From NCBI GenBank assembly GCA_946965045.2, contig OX337231.1:1550001-1614000 (forward strand): a DNA stretch of 64,000 bases, written 5' to 3'. Origin of the DNA: Epithemia pelagica. Its lineage: Eukaryota; Protista; Bacillariophyta. Positions within the stretch are counted from its first letter, which is position 1. Every line of letters begins with the position of its first letter. The notes beneath the pieces are model-generated. The model ran no database searches and was not told the origin of the DNA. It was given only the letters and a program-made list of their open reading frames with translations. Position numbers and translations under genes: made by a program. This document shows, one piece after another, positions 19,641-31,578 of this stretch.

Positions 19641-22336
19641 ATGATAGAGTTATCCATTCTACTGGTATGTTTCTCCTCTCTTTCTGCTGTTCATGCTCGT
19701 GGATCTAGCAAAAAGAGGGTGATTCGGGCCAATCGTCAGTTTGACCCCGACGACTCAACGCAAAATTCTGTGACCTGCCACCCTATGGGAATGCAAGCAC
19801 TTCGTTTCAGCCCTCAGAGGGAGTGTGTTCTGGCGAAAACGCCCTGACGCAGTCGATGAGTCCAGAAACTCTCCAAGATATGGCTGAGGCATATGCTCCC
19901 TACCTTTTCTTTCATCCACTTGAAACCTTCACAATGAGCTCGGTCGAACGCACCTTTGAGAATACAACAAAGGGAGAAATTTACAGAACTTCCGACAAAA
20001 TCTTGTTTGATAATGAACTGCGACCAGAATCTTTGCTTGCGACCACAAGGGAGCCTGACTTGTCTCTGTACTCGCAGGATTTTCATTTTGAGCACTCACT
20101 AGAGTTGGAGTACAAACTTGGTGATGGCTTTGACGAACAAGGGCTTTCGAGAGCATCCATCTACTATAGAGCCTTTGATTCCGGGAACGGTACCATTACG
20201 TTCAACTTTTTCTTTTATTTTGCGTGGAACGGTCCAACGAATCTCGGGATGATCAGCAGCTACAATGGTTCGAACCAGTTCGTTCAGTTCATGCAACCGC
20301 CATATGCGGTTCACGAGGGTGATTGGGGTAAGTAATACCCCGTCGAGGGCTGTTTTGCACCGTCCAACGTTAGCTCAGACATTTCATTCACGATGAAAAC
20401 AGAGTCTTTCAGTGTCACAGCGTGTATAAGTGATACAATCGAGGTTCCGTTGGCTGTAACATATCGACAACGCAGCTTTGGACAGACAATGGATTGTACC
20501 GAGGGCGAATGTACGTTTTATGTTGGAAGTGCCACAAACGTGGTTGGATTTGTCGCTTTAAACAGTCATGCTGTGTACCCAATCTCGGCTACAGAACTTG
20601 TTTATGAAGAAATAAGCACATTGGAGTTCTTCGTCAACTTGCAATCCATACTGATTGTGGACCGTTTGGCCTATGCCGACAAAAACGGCAACTATCGATA
20701 CTTTGCCCCAAATTCGACAAATGTCCTTTGTCTCGCAGAGCAAAATGAAATACCGGACGATGTGAACGAGTCCGAATTCTGGGGAGCATTTGGTGGCCGA
20801 TGGGGCCGAACACAGGATAGGCTTGATGCAAACTTCACAGCTGAAAGGCCCATTTGTTTGGATCAATCAACCACAGAATTTCGACTTTGTCCCTCAGAAG
20901 AAGAAAATCCCGTATTCTATCTTGTATTGCAAATGCTCAAAGTTGAAGAGACAGATTCCGCTCTTGTCAATGGAGCTTCTGCCTTGATTAGTTTCCTTGT
21001 GGATTTCTTTTCGAACACAAAGGTAGCCCCACATGGACCTGCCGTTTCAACATTTTATTCAAGATATGAAGTGCGAGACAACGCCCCTATATGGTCAAAA
21101 GTCGTTGGTAACGAAGAGGAGTTCTGCGAGAATCTGCGCGATATACCAGATACCTTTGGGCTTCCTGTGGATACGGATACCGTTCCACTCCTGGCCAACA
21201 CAATGGGCGTCGCCTGCATGTTTGTCTTCTTCACGATTTTCAATATTGTGTTTTTTGTCATTAAAACAAGAATGGGGCCCGTGCGACCCGTGATTGAACA
21301 AGTTGAAAGCGGGATCTGTCGGAAACCTGGGATTAGTCAAAGAATCCTGGTGTTTGAGTTATTTTGGTGTTTCGTAGGGGCATTCGTGTTCAGCGTATTT
21401 GGAGGTGTACTTTTCTTTGCCGGCTATGGCTCTCTTTCGCACTTGATGCGAGAAACTTTCAGCTATGTAAATTGGGAGCTTGTTGATGGCTTGATGATCG
21501 GAATGGCGGTCTTTAACTTCCTGACGAATACCTTATTGTTGGCAGCGGGTTGGCTGATGTGCGAGGATGTAAGTATCATGTTTGATATGTGTTTATGGAG
21601 TGGTGATATGTCGTTCTCAAACCTTGCTTCGACTTCAATCCTCAGCTGTGGCTACGAATCAACACTGAATATTATCAACTTATCGGAGATCAGGACAATG
21701 CTCGTAACTATGCGTGGAACGCCCGATACCAAGGCCCCGTTATTTGGATAAAAAGAGTCCTCCACGAACGATCGTATAGCGTGTTGTATGCTCTTCTAAA
21801 CCTGGGTCTTGTCCTTTCCGTGTTCATGGTCACTTGTGGAGTATACAACGTTGGATTCTCATACGCTTTTGGGACGATGGTAAGCCTGAGAGTTGCGTCG
21901 AAAGAACAAAAATGTGTCTTTGATCTCACTATCCTATATATATATATATATATTTGCTCTCATCTGATCCTTCCAGTGCAGAGCGTTGGTCGGGTCCTTG
22001 GACGGCGTATGCTTCAAGTTCCCGACTTGTGAAGGAGAAATCAAGTGTGGCGCGGATTTTCAGGAATACTGCCGGGACTGGGCAAGAGTGGAGATCATGA
22101 TTACTCTTTGGGGTGGATTCGTTGTGGTTGTTGCAAATTTTTATTTGATTTGCTTTGCGTCATTGATCGACTTGAACATAATGAGATTGAATCAGGCTCT
22201 CCTAGCCTACCATATTCCAGGAGAAGATGCAGAAGTAAGTTTGGTCGGCATCGATAAAGACAAAGACGAGAATGAACCAAGGGAGCAACCAATAGCAGAT
22301 GACAGTTCCGGACCCCTGGATGAAGGAAAGCAGTAG
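19641..22336 (+). CDS. Multi-exon signal-peptide protein with a Vps62-like domain and a C-terminal multi-TM region
   Basis: Signal peptide MIELSILLVCFSSLSAVHA; YAPYLFFHPLE, FFFYFAWNG, HEGDW, FGGRWG; GTAAG donors near 20328, 21569 and 21880; exact exon boundaries only partly resolved. Confidence 0.7.
21935..21952. repeat. (TA)9 microsatellite in an intron
   Basis: Seen directly. Confidence 0.95.
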
Positions 22337-22854
22337 TTTTAGTATCCTTCAAGAAATGGAAAAAAGTTCGGACTGGTCCTTAGACGACGACAGTATGACA
22401 TCAACATATATCAACTGATCGATTGTTGCCCAAGTCAGTCTATGTTTTGGCCAGTGTTGCCACATTGTGGTAATTGGCAATCACAAGGCCAAGAGGTAGA
22501 GAGTTGCTTTAATCTCGCGGGACGTGTATCTTGTAATAAAGTGTTGTTTCTGTTCGTCGCGTGCTCCCAATCATAATTTTTGAAATCTACCCTGTTCGTC
22601 ATCTGCAAAGTACAGGAATCGTGTTGAGAAATGGACGAGTCAACTCATTCGTTTATTCTGCGTAGGTATAAAAGTTTGTTTCTTGATTTTGTGTTCACGC
22701 ACTGAATGGCAAACAATGATGATGCCTCACTCACGAATCACGAGCCCTACCGTAAGTAGTCGAAGATCCTTTACGGAAGAAAACACAATTCACCACGAAC
22801 ATATGGTCGTTGTTGTTTTTTACCAACGCGAACAGAAGCCAGGACTTTCGACTA

Positions 22855-24039
22855 TCATGATCGTGGTGGCACGACCCGAAGCTTGTTACCGCTCTTCACA
22901 TTGGGCATTTGCTCCCCCTCTGTCTGAGTCCAAGCACCCATTCGACCAGGATTCTGGAACCTCGATTGAGCCGCGTCTTCATCAGGGTCGACAAGAACGG
23001 TCAACGTGTTCTCTTCAATTCTACCGTTGCTATCAAGGCGAAAGGCTAAAAGAAAAGCTTTTTTCTCCTCGTTTTCTGTTGTCTTGGTGCCGGTCAGGAA
23101 CAAGTATTTCGTTCCATTGTGCTTGACACTCGTTACACCATGCAAAAACAATGCAAGGCTGTCGTTGGTATCACTCAAATCATAGATGGAAAGTTTTGGG
23201 TCTGCGGTCTGTGGGTTGGTGTACATATAAAGTTTGCCGCTTGTTCCTGTTGTCGCGTACAGCTTGCAGTCGTTCCCTTGTTGTTCTCCTTCGTTGCATA
23301 CAATCTCCAAGGCTTCCACGGTTTCTTCATCATTCGTGTTAGCACATGAAACAATAGATTCATACTGGTGAAGTGATTTGACAGTAGGATGCTGAACAAA
23401 ATGAAATACATCATGTCCGTTGGAAATGTACAAATGAGAGGTTGACATTGCCATGGCATCAATAGGAATGACATTTTCGTCGGCGTCTTTCAATTGCTCG
23501 CCTTTGTTGCCGGAATATTTACCAGCCAACGCTATAAGCCCGCTTTCCTGGGATCCACCAAAACACTTCATCTCTGTGCAGAAAGTCGATGACAACGCCC
23601 CGGTCTGAGTAAAACTGCCTTTATTCTTCTTGTCATTTATTCCCACAGTATCATAGCCATTACGGTGCGACACGAACACCCATTTCGCGGAACGCTCTGT
23701 ATAGATCGCCACATCCGTTGGATGATTGAGATTGACCAACCAGTTTTCACTTGTGTCTTCCGCCACATTGTATCGAGCAATGTAACCGGCATTTTCGCTG
23801 TTGGCGTTGTCATTGAGAATGAACAATGTAATCCCCGTCAGATCGGTCCGAGGAATGGGGCCGTTCGCGTTTAACTCTCGGTCCTTCTCCCCCATAACCG
23901 TCAGGCTTGTCGTCGTCGCAGTGGGAACCAGCAATCCCAACACGACAAGGAGGAATAGTTGCGCGGAAAAAGCATGGACTGTCTTGCTCATGGTCATGAT
24001 GGTTCTTGTCGTCGAGATAGATGAAGAACAGTGAAACAA
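22855..24039 (-). CDS. Secreted beta-propeller-like protein; 3' end uncertain (possible intron)
   Basis: Hydrophobic signal AQLFLLVVLGLLVPTATT; NHL-like segments such as LNHPTDVAIY. Confidence 0.6.
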   Translation of the reverse strand: MFHCSSSISTTRTIMTMSKTVHAFSAQLFLLVVLGLLVPTATTTSLTVMGEKDRELNANGPIPRTDLTGITLFILNDNANSENAGYIARYNVAEDTSENWLVNLNHPTDVAIYTERSAKWVFVSHRNGYDTVGINDKKNKGSFTQTGALSSTFCTEMKCFGGSQESGLIALAGKYSGNKGEQLKDADENVIPIDAMAMSTSHLYISNGHDVFHFVQHPTVKSLHQYESIVSCANTNDEETVEALEIVCNEGEQQGNDCKLYATTGTSGKLYMYTNPQTADPKLSIYDLSDTNDSLALFLHGVTSVKHNGTKYLFLTGTKTTENEEKKAFLLAFRLDSNGRIEENTLTVLVDPDEDAAQSRFQNPGRMGAWTQTEGEQMPNVKSGNKLRVVPPRS

Positions 24040-24310
24040 GAAAAAGATCTGATGACCATACGACGCGGTCAGTGGTCAGTGCATCCAAAAATCTTATGAG
24101 AAATTGATACTATTGCCCCTTATGTCTTTAGGGTCATTGCGCGGGCCCATTTAAATTTGAGAGTTTGTCTTCTCTCATGTCTTTCTTCAAGTCGACATTG
24201 TCGTCTGCCACTGCTGACTGCTGCTATCATTCATATACTCTCGTACGAGAAACGATTTGCTTTATCATCCTGTTAACCAGAGCCGCTGCGTCGGTTCTTG
24301 TTTGAAGAAA

Positions 24311-24745
24311 ATGATTCCTAATCCAGCAAGCTTGATCAAGGGGGGTGATCCCCTACCCGAAGTGGAGCAGATGGGCACCATCACTCTGGAGACGTTGAAT
24401 GAATATCACTGCCAGAATCCAGATCGCAGACTGATTTCCATGTTTGGAGTTGTTTACGATGTCACGTCATCGCTGAAATCTTATGGCCCTGATGGAGCCT
24501 ACAAGGAATATGCAGGCCATGATATTACGCTGGCGCTGGCAAAACACAAGACGGACGACAAGTGGCTCGATAGATTTGTGCAAATGAAAGAGAAATGGGT
24601 CAGTGATGCCAAGGGATGGTCGGAGTACTTTGCGGCAAAGTATCCAGTTTGTGGAAAGTTAGACAAATGGGAAGAAGATCAAAGTGAATGGCCAGAGCTA
24701 ACAGCAGAAGAACTGGAAGCCTTTGAAAAGTGTGTCATCATGTAG
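24311..24745 (+). CDS. Cytochrome b5-like heme/steroid-binding (MAPR) protein ending in a CaaX box
   Basis: ITLETLNEY, VYDVT, YGPDGAY..YAGHD.T.ALA; ends KCVIM-stop. Confidence 0.88.
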   Translation: MIPNPASLIKGGDPLPEVEQMGTITLETLNEYHCQNPDRRLISMFGVVYDVTSSLKSYGPDGAYKEYAGHDITLALAKHKTDDKWLDRFVQMKEKWVSDAKGWSEYFAAKYPVCGKLDKWEEDQSEWPELTAEELEAFEKCVIM

Positions 24746-25252
24746 GATTTTGCCATCCCTCTTTGGCCAAGAAAACCAGCAAGACGGAGAATATGAATCA
24801 AAGTGCAGCACATACATGATGGAACCTGGGGCTTGTGATCCCCAAGGGAGAGGGATATCCAGGAGCAACGGTTCCTCTTTGCATTGGATTGCTAGTTGTG
24901 TCAACCTCTTGGTCATAACAGGACACAGATATCTTTACGTAAATCTTTCTCCTACATCGCTATCGACTACACCTAACCTTTGAAAATAACACGGTTGATA
25001 TGGTTCGCAGGGTCCCATAGCCCAGAGAGGGACACCTTCGATAAGGACGAATACTCGTAACTCGTAAGGTAGGAGATCGACGATTGACTCGTTCGGCGTA
25101 GTTCGTTTTGGGGGTCATGGAAGCTGGTTGGGTGCACCTATGACCGTCACGGGTGGCCCCCAAATTAGCCCCTTGGATTTTGGATGGCCTCACAAAACAT
25201 CGAACGCATAATAGCTACGATAATAGCGTCTTTCCCACGCGTCTTGACAATC

Positions 25253-26113
25253 ATGGTGGTATATGCTTTCCTTTTCCAACTGTTGCTTGCCTTGCCCAAT
25301 GTCGACAACCACTTCCTTTCTCGACGTAGTCTCCTGGCTTTCTCGGGATCTTTCGCAGGGTCCGCCATACTGTTTCCTTTGTCCGCCAGTCCCTCTGACG
25401 TACGTGCGCCTATCGAATGCTTATATCCAGCAACAAGAGTCAGGTTATACATAAATGACGTTCTCCGAGTGGCGTCGGAAGGGAACTTGGAGGAACTTCA
25501 AAAGCTCCTATTGAGCAATTCGCCGTCGTCCTTCATTCTAGGCGAGAAGGAATTGCAGAGTGCCGACATTAACAAGCGTATCAAGACACAAGATGCATGG
25601 AACAAGGCACGACGGATGGAACGAGAAGAACGAGGGGCACAGCTTGGTATTGACTACAGAACGCCTTATGACAAGGCAAACACAGCAATTCAAGAAATGG
25701 GACAAAAGCGACAGTTCAAGATTCTTCGTCAGCGACAAACCAATCTCGAAAAAAGGGATCCCATACGTGCTGCCCTGAATGCTTACACCAACAATTTAGT
25801 CTTTGGTGACTATTATCAATTAAATGCGCAAGGAACAGAGAGGAAACAAATGATTCGCAATGATGCAATGCCGAACGTAGAGGCTGTAGTTGTCTCGGAT
25901 TTAGACCTCCGCGATTTGTACCGCAATCAGATATTACAAAACATGGAAGATGCCAGATTTGAACTGACCTATCAGCTCAACCAAAACGAGGTAGATCTTC
26001 AAGAAGTTCTATTGTATCTCAAGGAGGCGCAGAAATCGTGCGATAGTTGGTTTGGCTTTATTCCTGTTCAAGATGTCGAGGAAGCCCTAGCCAAGGTTAG
26101 GTCCAATGAGTAA
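25253..26113 (+). CDS. Probable plastid/thylakoid-lumen protein of unknown function
   Basis: Signal-like start, SRRSLLAF twin-arginine motif plus hydrophobic stretch, helical body. Confidence 0.6.
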   Translation: MVVYAFLFQLLLALPNVDNHFLSRRSLLAFSGSFAGSAILFPLSASPSDVRAPIECLYPATRVRLYINDVLRVASEGNLEELQKLLLSNSPSSFILGEKELQSADINKRIKTQDAWNKARRMEREERGAQLGIDYRTPYDKANTAIQEMGQKRQFKILRQRQTNLEKRDPIRAALNAYTNNLVFGDYYQLNAQGTERKQMIRNDAMPNVEAVVVSDLDLRDLYRNQILQNMEDARFELTYQLNQNEVDLQEVLLYLKEAQKSCDSWFGFIPVQDVEEALAKVRSNE

Positions 26114-26428
26114 ATTATTGCACGTCGGGTATTGACATTCATTGAAAGAGCCATGCCTTTTGACAACCCACCTTTCTAGAGACGATGATACCTCTTGTTA
26201 CTCCTTTACGGAGGCTCCTTTCGTTAAAAATAATCAGAGCGCAACCGCGATGCACCTCTGCACTCTGCACTACAATACTCCTAGGAGTAGCTAGCCGTGC
26301 AGCGCTCAAGTGTCGGATAGGTTGGCTAGATATACTCCTATTCGTTTTCGTTCCACGGCGCCAATGAATCACAAATCATCGCAACAGGAGGGAGAAAGGA
26401 GTATGAGACGAATGGGTTCAACTGCGGG

Positions 26429-27850
26429 ATGCTTCTATGCATCGCTTCCTGGCTTGTAGAATCATCGATTGTTGAGATGACTCGGAGCTCGCCATGGTGC
26501 CGTTTATTGTGGAGACAACTCATCAGCTTGAACAAACAGAAATGGGATCGTCCTCGTCCGTCGTTCACAACACGTCATTTCAGCCTCGATGAAGAACGCG
26601 GATTCGACATTCCGTTGTCCCATCAGAAAACATGGTTCGTCAACAAAAAGTTATTCCCGAACGTGCTGAATTTAACATCATCAGAGGACGGAGAGATACC
26701 GTGCCACACGGGTCTATCTGTCTGCTTTTTGGGAACGGGGGCCGGCCAACCATCTCAGTTTCGCGGCGCCTCTGGAACTGCTCTTCGCTTCCACGAAGGA
26801 ATCTACCTCTTCGATGTAGGGGAGGGTGTACAACTGAAGGCGCAAGCTTCCCGGTTATCTTTGAGCAAGATCGAAAAGATCTTCATAACACATATGCATG
26901 GTGACCATGTTTTCGGTATACCTTCGTTGCTGTTATCCATTCAGAATGCCGTACAGTTCCACAAGACGAACAGGACAATTAAAGTCTATGGACCCGTGGG
27001 TCTGTATAACTATATTGCGACAGCACTATCACTTTCGTTCGCAGAAATCAAGAACTTAAACGTTGAAGTATACGAACTTCACGGAGGGACGAGGCGCTGG
27101 ATTCATCCTGGAACCTCCAAAAACTTCTCTGATTTCCGACATAGATCATTGCATCGAAAGTTCATATCACCGAACCAAGATGGTACCTGGACTTTAGAAA
27201 AAGCTAATGAAATACAAACACCAGATGACGCTGAGGTGCGATCCAAACCGACTGGATTCAATGTGTACGCTGCTCAAGTCAATCATGTCCCTAATCTTCA
27301 GTGCTTTGGTTATATGGTCGAAGAGCCTATTCAACCACGATTCATTGATGCGAAGAAAACGGCCGAGTTAGGGGTTGCACCCGGTGACAAATACAAAGTA
27401 CTCAAAGCTGGATTCCCTGTGATGACAGATGATGGCAAAGCAGAAGTGCATCCGGACGAAGTCACCCGTCCTGGTAATCCTCCGAGGAAGGTTGTCTTCT
27501 TGGGAGACTGCGATGGAATTCCTGTTCCCATGGCTAGCCTTTGTCGCGACGCCGACGTAATGGTTCACGAAGCAACGCTGTTGGAGAGTCAAATCGAACG
27601 AACAGACACCCGTGGGCATTCGACGGCGGCCATGGCTGGATTGTTTGCAGAGTATGTCGGGGCAAGGGTTTTGGCTCTAAATCACATTAGCCCTTCTATT
27701 TCGGTTGCATTGAAAATGGAAAAAGAACTGGTCAAAGAGGCGAGAAGTATGATCAAAGGATCAACAGAAGTACAGCTTGCATACGATCAGATGGAAATCA
27801 TGATCCCTCGTGCGGGGTTTACAGAAGAGGAGCTCCCCAAAACTCCATGA
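26429..27850 (+). CDS. rnz: Ribonuclease Z (short-form tRNase Z), probably organellar
   Basis: FLGTG..P, HMHGDH, exosite GVAPG, HEAT, GHST, LNHIS. Confidence 0.92.
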   Translation: MLLCIASWLVESSIVEMTRSSPWCRLLWRQLISLNKQKWDRPRPSFTTRHFSLDEERGFDIPLSHQKTWFVNKKLFPNVLNLTSSEDGEIPCHTGLSVCFLGTGAGQPSQFRGASGTALRFHEGIYLFDVGEGVQLKAQASRLSLSKIEKIFITHMHGDHVFGIPSLLLSIQNAVQFHKTNRTIKVYGPVGLYNYIATALSLSFAEIKNLNVEVYELHGGTRRWIHPGTSKNFSDFRHRSLHRKFISPNQDGTWTLEKANEIQTPDDAEVRSKPTGFNVYAAQVNHVPNLQCFGYMVEEPIQPRFIDAKKTAELGVAPGDKYKVLKAGFPVMTDDGKAEVHPDEVTRPGNPPRKVVFLGDCDGIPVPMASLCRDADVMVHEATLLESQIERTDTRGHSTAAMAGLFAEYVGARVLALNHISPSISVALKMEKELVKEARSMIKGSTEVQLAYDQMEIMIPRAGFTEEELPKTP

Positions 27851-28249
27851 ATGCTTCCAGATTTGCGACGTCATTTCCGATCACAGACCATGCAGTTCAT
27901 TCGTCTCCCTGTTTTCAGTTGTTTTTGACGCCATGTTCGAGTGAAGTGTAGCATATCTCAGTTCACGGGCTACCGTGACGGTAGCTGTGAGCCCTCCAAC
28001 TGTGTGGTAAGGACATTTCTGGCGCTGTTTGAACCTCAAGCATCGTTGAAGCCGGATAAGATTTCAAAAGTCTATGAACACTCTCTCTAATCTAACAAAC
28101 GAAAATGCAGGGCTAGTGTTAGAGAATTTATCAGCGTCTAGCTCCACTGTGAGTCCGCGTAGACTGTCCAGTCTGCTCCGAGATTCAATAGGCCACCAGC
28201 CTCACTCAACACTTTCAAAATGAAAATTCAGTTTTGAAGAGTTTGATCA

Positions 28250-29161
28250 TCATTGTATTCCACAGTTGCCATCATCGGGAGTTGCCCGCTTGATGTTGTC
28301 TGGCGCAAACCGGGATGTCGGTGGACCACTATATCGATTTTCCTTCTCCCCGAATCCATTCCAAGGGATTGTGTTGCGTCCTAACGTAGACAGATGATCT
28401 GTGAAGCCGTTCTTGGATTTGTCCGCATCGTGTGGGTCTAGATGCCAAGCAGGTTCATTATTCCAACGAGACATGTGAAAGATGCTACAGGGCGCAGCAG
28501 GCGTTATCTCGTTGTAGGCGTTTCCTGACGCAGAAGCAACCAGCCCTATGCATACAGCAGCATGAGTGACCACTACCAGGGTTGACTTGGGTCTGAAACT
28601 GTGGCGCTTGTGCATCTCTGTCATGACCGTATCACACCTGTCCTGAAAACCGCTTCGTGGTTCGGGGAGAGTCGGTACAAGCAAGGGATCATACGACGAA
28701 GCAGAGTCCAAAAGACGTGGGAAATAGTGAATACGCTCTGTAATTTCTGGCATACTCGCGTGCCAGTCGCCACCATGACCGTCCCACTCAAAGATTCCTG
28801 GTTCGGGTAATATTTCAATCTGGTTCGAACCGTCGAGAGTCAGCGCGTTCAAAGCTTCAGTCGATGTCTGCAACGTCCGAAGAAACGGCGATGACATCCA
28901 CGTGATATCTTCGGATGAAATACCGAGATCCTTGAAAACAGAATCCAGATATTGACCTGTTTCACGAGCTTGGGCGAGTCCAAGGGAGCTCAAGGATGGG
29001 TCGCCTTTCCGGTTGTTTGGATGATTCTTCCAAGCAGTTGGATTCTCGTAGTCCCATCGGTCACCGTGCCGTATGACAATTAAGTGTTGGGCGTCTCCAG
29101 CTCTTCCTGGAGGACCAGCTCCCTTCTTCGGTTCGTCGTCGTCCTTACCAGAACTCATCAT
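28250..29161 (-). CDS. Histidine phosphatase (phosphoglycerate-mutase-like) family protein
   Basis: RHGDR, SSPFLRTLQT, VTHA. Confidence 0.88.
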   Translation of the reverse strand: MMSSGKDDDEPKKGAGPPGRAGDAQHLIVIRHGDRWDYENPTAWKNHPNNRKGDPSLSSLGLAQARETGQYLDSVFKDLGISSEDITWMSSPFLRTLQTSTEALNALTLDGSNQIEILPEPGIFEWDGHGGDWHASMPEITERIHYFPRLLDSASSYDPLLVPTLPEPRSGFQDRCDTVMTEMHKRHSFRPKSTLVVVTHAAVCIGLVASASGNAYNEITPAAPCSIFHMSRWNNEPAWHLDPHDADKSKNGFTDHLSTLGRNTIPWNGFGEKENRYSGPPTSRFAPDNIKRATPDDGNCGIQ

Positions 29162-29640
29162 GGAGAGATCAAGTTTGGAGAATGTGAATCTTGAACGAGT
29201 GCCGATTGCCGATTGCCAATGGACATGATGATGGACGGACACGCGTCATTGGGGCATGACCCGCTGATTGGTCGCGTGGTAAAGAGAAAAAGAGCATTGC
29301 TATGCGTACTACTCCTAGTTTTAATGTTCCTACTCCTAGCTAGAGGAGAAAGCTTTGACGGGACTACGGAAGGATCTAGCGATCGCGTGATGTCTTATTC
29401 GTCTTAGAGTTTGCTGTGTCGTAGCCCATGATGAACTGAGGCTGATGGCAAAGTATGCGTTTTACCGCCGTAGACTTAACTTCAAAGGAAACGTAGATGT
29501 CACTTTCACCATGCCATGTGTATTTCAACATACGGATGTTTGGCCTAATGGACTGACTCTTTCGCATTAAAAGATTCACAGACGACAAGATAAATTTCAT
29601 GCAGACAGCCGCGATTAGTTGACTCCCTTTTGTATTCAGC

Positions 29641-31248
29641 CTAAGTAATTTCAGAGGTGGAACCATTCTGAGACGATCTATCGGCTCGGCCTTCATCAAC
29701 CAACGGAAGGTACTCTGACCAAGACGCAGAGTTTGATTCTGCCCCCTCTCGTATCCGAATAGAAGACGAGATTTCATTCCAGTCGCTTGTCAGAAACGTT
29801 GCAACCGCTGCGATGTTGACTAGGAGATAGGGAGGCCAAATACATCTCCAAGCTGCTTTCAGGCCGCCGTCTTGAACGACAGCGAAAAGATACGAAGCGG
29901 GCAGACCCAATAACCACAATGACACCACTGTCAAGGTGCCAAATGTCCATTGCATGCCAAGTCCTGTCGAAATACCCATATTGACAGCGAAGCAACTCAG
30001 TATTACGAAGTAAAGACACACGTCAAACCAGATTTTGTCGCATAGATCGATGACCTCATCCTCTTTCGTGAAAATAGAAAAGAGGACATAGCGATATCTG
30101 TACATCAGCAACGACAGCATTGAGAAGAACATGAAGCTGCACAACAATGTACCTGCAGCCAAAAGTTTCGCAAGGCGAACATTGTGCGTCATGGCGGCAC
30201 CCAACCTTACTGCCAACGCAATACCGATCCCCATGGGAAACATGAACATGATGAACATAACTTGACTGGGAACTGTATGGGCCGATAAAGGTAGCACTCC
30301 CATTGTCCCGATTATCAGGGCCAATGATTCCCAATAAACCCACTCCAGTGAGGAAAGCATCCCTCCAACTCCGAGATGCCAGAACGCCATGAATGGTTTC
30401 CAGGATATAACTTCACGCCAAGCCCCCAGACCAGGCCACGTTTCAGGATGGTGAGGTTTCCATATGGAGATCCAGCTAACAACAGAGATGGATTCAAAAA
30501 TGTAGAAGAGCGTGATAGCAAGGGCAGCACCCTCAAAACCAATGTACCGAACAAACACTTCCAGGCAGATTGGAAGCACCAGTAAAGTGGATATCAAAGT
30601 GCAAATCACCAATGGCATCATAATGTTCTGTGCAGAAAGGAACTTCCAAGTAACTGTGTACAATGAAGAAAAGGGAAAGCTCAGGGCGTAGATCACGTAA
30701 AACTCATGAGCGTGTTGTGCCACTGCTGGATCTTGGCCAAAAAACACCAGTAGGTCATCCATGAAGAAAACCAAAATGGCGTTTAGCGGAAGTATCACAA
30801 CAATAGTTGACACGTATCCTCGAAGCACAACAAGGCCAACTTCTTGGTAGTTCTTCGCCGCGAAAGCTTGGGGAGCCAACGTGTCGCATGCATTGAAGAA
30901 ACCCTGAAGGACTGCCAGAATTACAAGATTGCCGGTAAGATTGGCTAAGGAATAACCGTCAAGATAAATGTGTCCGAATCGGCGTCCAATGTAGGATGCA
31001 GTTAGAAATGGCGGGACAACAAAACTGAGATTCACAATAACAGTTGGCAACGCCAAACTCGATAGGGAACGAAGTTCTTTCTTTAGCGACAACGTCTCCA
31101 GAATCTCGGCCTCCGCGATATCGTTCCATTGATTTTGCCGTGGTTGATTACTTTTCGTATTTGCTATGTGTTGGCATTGTCGATCGTATAGATACAATGT
31201 TGTCTTGGAATCCTTTAATGGTGTTCTTGTTTCGGCTTCATTCATCAT
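29641..31248 (-). CDS. MATE-family efflux transporter
   Basis: About 12 TM segments; DTLAPQAFAA, WHLGVGG, EWVYWE, VRLGAA. Confidence 0.9.
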   Translation of the reverse strand: MMNEAETRTPLKDSKTTLYLYDRQCQHIANTKSNQPRQNQWNDIAEAEILETLSLKKELRSLSSLALPTVIVNLSFVVPPFLTASYIGRRFGHIYLDGYSLANLTGNLVILAVLQGFFNACDTLAPQAFAAKNYQEVGLVVLRGYVSTIVVILPLNAILVFFMDDLLVFFGQDPAVAQHAHEFYVIYALSFPFSSLYTVTWKFLSAQNIMMPLVICTLISTLLVLPICLEVFVRYIGFEGAALAITLFYIFESISVVSWISIWKPHHPETWPGLGAWREVISWKPFMAFWHLGVGGMLSSLEWVYWESLALIIGTMGVLPLSAHTVPSQVMFIMFMFPMGIGIALAVRLGAAMTHNVRLAKLLAAGTLLCSFMFFSMLSLLMYRYRYVLFSIFTKEDEVIDLCDKIWFDVCLYFVILSCFAVNMGISTGLGMQWTFGTLTVVSLWLLGLPASYLFAVVQDGGLKAAWRCIWPPYLLVNIAAVATFLTSDWNEISSSIRIREGAESNSASWSEYLPLVDEGRADRSSQNGSTSEIT

Positions 31249-31578
31249 CGTCTGATGCCTGAGGCACCATCACACATGTCGACAAGTGCGACTCCCCTGC
31301 CTGAAACCTTTCGCGGCAGGCCACCAGCTATTACGACTAGGTAGGAGTATGCCTTCTGTTGTTGTTGTCGCCCGTTCAAGTTCGCCTATCTATGGGCCAC
31401 ACCTTTGTAGGAGAAGGAATGTCCTGCTTCGTGAATGCTCCTCAATGCATCTGTTCAAGTCAATGAGCAAAGAAGCTAACAATGGATTTCTGAATGACTA
31501 TATAGTACGTAGCATGCTAAACACCATTAATTCAGGCGCTGATTTCGATGTTGTCCGCAAAAGAGCCACTGCGTTGAG

